Assembly: GCA_000004985.1 (NCBI GenBank)
Contig: GG739494.1
Direction: 5' to 3' (one strand)
Origin: Naegleria gruberi
Taxonomy: Eukaryota
DNA: 1,225 bases
In this document: piece after piece, positions 1 through 1,225 of the stretch
How positions within the stretch are numbered: position 1 is the stretch's first letter
Layout of the letters: each line of letters starts with the position of its first letter
The notes under the pieces: generated by a model
Databases searched by the model: none
What the model was told of the DNA's origin: nothing
What the model saw: the letters and a program-made list of their open reading frames with translations, nothing else
Translations under genes and position numbers: made by a program

Positions 1-48
1 AGAACTTTTGCCCATCAAATAAGCACCTTACTATTTTCGTCTAGACAT

Positions 49-113
49 TTTAGGCTATTTTTTTTGGCCTATATATTTTTTGCCTGTTTTTCAGGCGAAA
101 AAAGTAGCCTAGA
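49..113. repeat. Imperfect palindrome or hairpin-capable element. The exact core hairpin is gcctg(82-86)-ttttt-caggc(92-96). It is flanked by tttttt(76-81)/aaaaaa(98-103) with one bulged g, and by an outer pairing aggcta(52-57)/tagcct(105-110).
   Basis: Read directly: 82-96 is gcctg ttttt caggc, a perfect 5-bp stem with a 5-nt loop. The reverse complement of 98-110 (aggctacttttt) nearly matches 52-63 (aggctatttttt). Two T-runs on the left arm (58-65 and 76-81) compete for the single A-run on the right arm, so the alignment is not unique. Confidence 0.55.
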
Positions 114-353
114 ACAGACTGTTTTACCTTTAAGGTGATCAGCCTTGAGACCTGCTACTATTGTTTAAATCACTAATAAACACCATATTTAATCAAAATT
201 TGAACTTTCCAAAGTTTACTATTTACCTGAATTGTTTGAGAAGGAAACTTCTCATAAAAAGAAGGGTAGTTTCCCAACAGTGTTTTAATCAACTAAGTCA
301 AATTATTTCATGTCATTCTTAAATTTGAGACAGAAAGAGTGAAATCTTTGATT

Positions 354-551
354 TTAATGAATATTCCACAACAGAGGTGTTTGTGAAGTTATTTCCATTT
401 TAAATTTTTCCATTTTGGATTTATTATAGAATGATACATTAGTATTTCCCTTAATTCCATTCTTGCTCCGTCTCTTACTGCTGACTGTCCCGTTTGACAG
501 CTTATTACATCTGACGGATCCCGTTACTCCTCGTGCCAGTTGAACTCGTTG
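354..551 (-). other. Longest open frame in the window, on the minus strand. It is 65 codons without a start and only 19 codons from the first in-frame ATG (413-411) to the TAA at 356-354. I do not call it a gene.
   Basis: Hand translation (minus strand): QRVQLARGVTGSVRCNKLSNGTVSSKRRSKNGIKGNTNVSFYNKSKMEKFKMEITSQTPLLWNIH*. It is bounded upstream by TGA (the complement of 552-554). The K/N/S-rich composition is what an AT-rich random frame produces. Confidence 0.1.
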
Positions 552-570
552 TCAAGTTGGCCCATTATCG
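461..570. other. Local GC- and CpG-rich island, roughly 50% GC against a window average of about 30%. It holds about half of the window's CpG dinucleotides.
   Basis: Hand count: 7 of the 12 CpGs I could find in the whole window lie between 469 and 570. The composition shift is visible by eye. Confidence 0.5.
474..530. repeat. Degenerate tandem direct repeat of two units of about 28 bp: cttactgctgactgtcccgtt-tgacag followed by cttattacatctgacggatcccgtt-actcc.
   Basis: Shared ordered blocks are ctta[c/t]t (474 and 501), ctgac (481-485 and 511-515) and tcccgtt (488-494 and 519-525). Spacing between matching blocks is 27-31 bp. Confidence 0.5.
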
Positions 571-627
571 TTATTTCTTTTTTATTTCATTGATATTTTG
601 GACAGGTTTGTGACTATTACGGTGACT

Positions 628-653
628 GGGTTTGGGTTTGGGAGACTGTAGGG
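628..653 (+). other. G-quadruplex-capable tract: GGG(628-630) ttt GGG(634-636) ttt GGG(640-642) agactgta GGG(651-653). It contains a (TTTGGG)2 tandem.
   Basis: There are four G3 runs with loops of 3, 3 and 8 nt on the + strand. This is the only such G-run cluster in the window. Confidence 0.4.
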
Positions 654-667
654 TAAATCCATTACCC
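651..667. repeat. Perfect small hairpin: gggtaa(651-656), loop atcca, ttaccc(662-667).
   Basis: The reverse complement of gggtaa is ttaccc. The stem is exactly 6 bp with a 5-nt loop, immediately 3' of the G-run tract. Confidence 0.5.
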
Positions 668-726
668 AAATTTAGTTGTCCAATCATTGAAAATTGACTT
701 TTACCAATATCATACTAGACGTTGTG

Positions 727-740
727 CACTATATAATAAA
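727..740 (+). promoter_or_regulatory. TATA-like string: actatataataaaaa.
   Basis: A TATATAA match at about 730-736. No open reading frame follows: the ATG at 747 runs straight into a stop (atg gaa ttt taa). The orientation and function are therefore unsupported. Confidence 0.15.
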
Positions 741-1016
741 AAAGAAATGGAATTTTAATTCACTGTACTTATTCAGAAAATCAACTCTGAAAACTAGTGT
801 TTAACTTTTATTTTTCATTTCCTAGTAACAAGTATGACTTGGAACACAATCATTTCAAATACGATAGATACACATATGAGTTGACTATAATCACAAAAAT
901 ATTTGAAAAATATAAAGTCTAGAAAAAGTTATAAGGCACTGCCTAAAACATAAAGATTTTTACCCTGTTGGGTCTGAAATTTCAAAGTTGAGTTGGAATG
1001 TAAATTTGAACATATT

Positions 1017-1040
1017 GTAGATATATAGATGAATAGATGA
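1017..1040. repeat. Short AT-rich tandem repeat: tagatatatagatgaatagatgata, with tagatga[a/t] repeated.
   Basis: tagatgaa occurs at 1026-1033 and tagatgat at 1034-1041, preceded by tagatata. The tract is microsatellite-like. Confidence 0.45.
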
Positions 1041-1143
1041 TATTTACAATTAATCATGTTTAATCAGTATATATACAAAGTTACATCTTGTCTAAAAATT
1101 AACTTTTCAACATTTATTGTACTATAATATGAATGTTATTAGA

Positions 1144-1182
1144 ATCATCACCAACCTCATATATATGATGTATAATGATGAT
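1144..1182. repeat. Imperfect palindrome: arms atcatca(1144-1150) and tgatgat(1176-1182) around the perfect 10-bp palindrome catatatatg(1158-1167).
   Basis: The reverse complement of atcatca is tgatgat. catatatatg is its own reverse complement. The arms sit roughly symmetrically about the centre (about 12-13 bp each side), but the spacers do not pair. Confidence 0.35.
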
Positions 1183-1225
1183 ATCCACCTTTTAGACATG
1201 TTGGAAGTATAATATATTATATCCT

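Noticed and set aside
430-543. Plus-strand open stretch of about 38 codons (NDTLVFPLIPFLLRLLLLTVPFDSLLHLTDPVTPRAS*) with a leucine-rich, signal-peptide-like look.
   Set aside because: It has no ATG, is bounded by a stop on each side, and is short. The Leu/Phe richness simply reflects T-rich sequence.
505-560. Possible tRNA-derived SINE head. The minus-strand string gagttcaactgg loosely resembles a Pol III B-box (GGTTCGANNCC).
   Set aside because: Only the GTTCAA core matches and the flanking GG...CC is absent. There is no A-box-like TRGCNNAGTGG at the right spacing, and no poly-A or simple-repeat tail follows. This is not supportable.
727-755. TATA box followed by ATG at 747, as a candidate gene start.
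   Set aside because: The ATG is followed by a stop after two codons (atg gaa ttt taa), and no ORF follows in any frame. TATA-like strings are expected by chance in 70% AT DNA.
195-1011. The 10-mer aaatttgaac appears twice (196-205 and 1002-1011), and aaatttgag appears at 321-329. These could be dispersed direct repeats or terminal repeats of an element.
   Set aside because: The sequences flanking the two copies share no further similarity, and an AT-rich 10-mer recurring within 1.2 kb of 70% AT sequence is unremarkable.
1-1225. Prokaryotic or phage defence or accessory system, as the prompt suggests might be present.
   Set aside because: There are no ORFs of gene length on either strand. 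There are no RBS-ORF arrangements, no CRISPR-like regularly spaced repeats and no tRNA. The sequence looks like eukaryotic non-coding DNA.

Overview
This window is AT-rich (about 30% GC by hand count) and broken by stop codons in all six frames. I could not find a convincing protein-coding gene, rRNA, tRNA, CRISPR array or intact mobile element, so I do not see a 'system' here. The composition, the lack of any ORF longer than about 65 codons, the poly-T/poly-A tracts, the TATA-like strings and the microsatellite-like runs all point to eukaryotic non-coding DNA, either intergenic or intronic. I cannot assign a taxon from the sequence.

What I can support directly is a set of small structural elements:
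- a roughly 65-bp quasi-palindrome built from GGCC/GCCT cores and T6-8 or A6 runs, at 49-113
- two GC- and CpG-richer islands, at about 461-570 and 601-668, in an otherwise AT-rich background
- within the first island, a degenerate 2-unit tandem duplication of about 28 bp that carries several TGAC cores
- within the second island, a G3-T3-G3-T3-G3-N8-G3 tract, which is G-quadruplex-capable, followed by a perfect 6-bp-stem hairpin
- a TATA-like box at about 727-740
- short tandem or palindromic AT-rich repeats near the 3' end.

The longest open frame is on the minus strand (551 to 354). It is 65 codons without a start, only 19 codons from the first ATG, and low-complexity, so I do not call it a gene.
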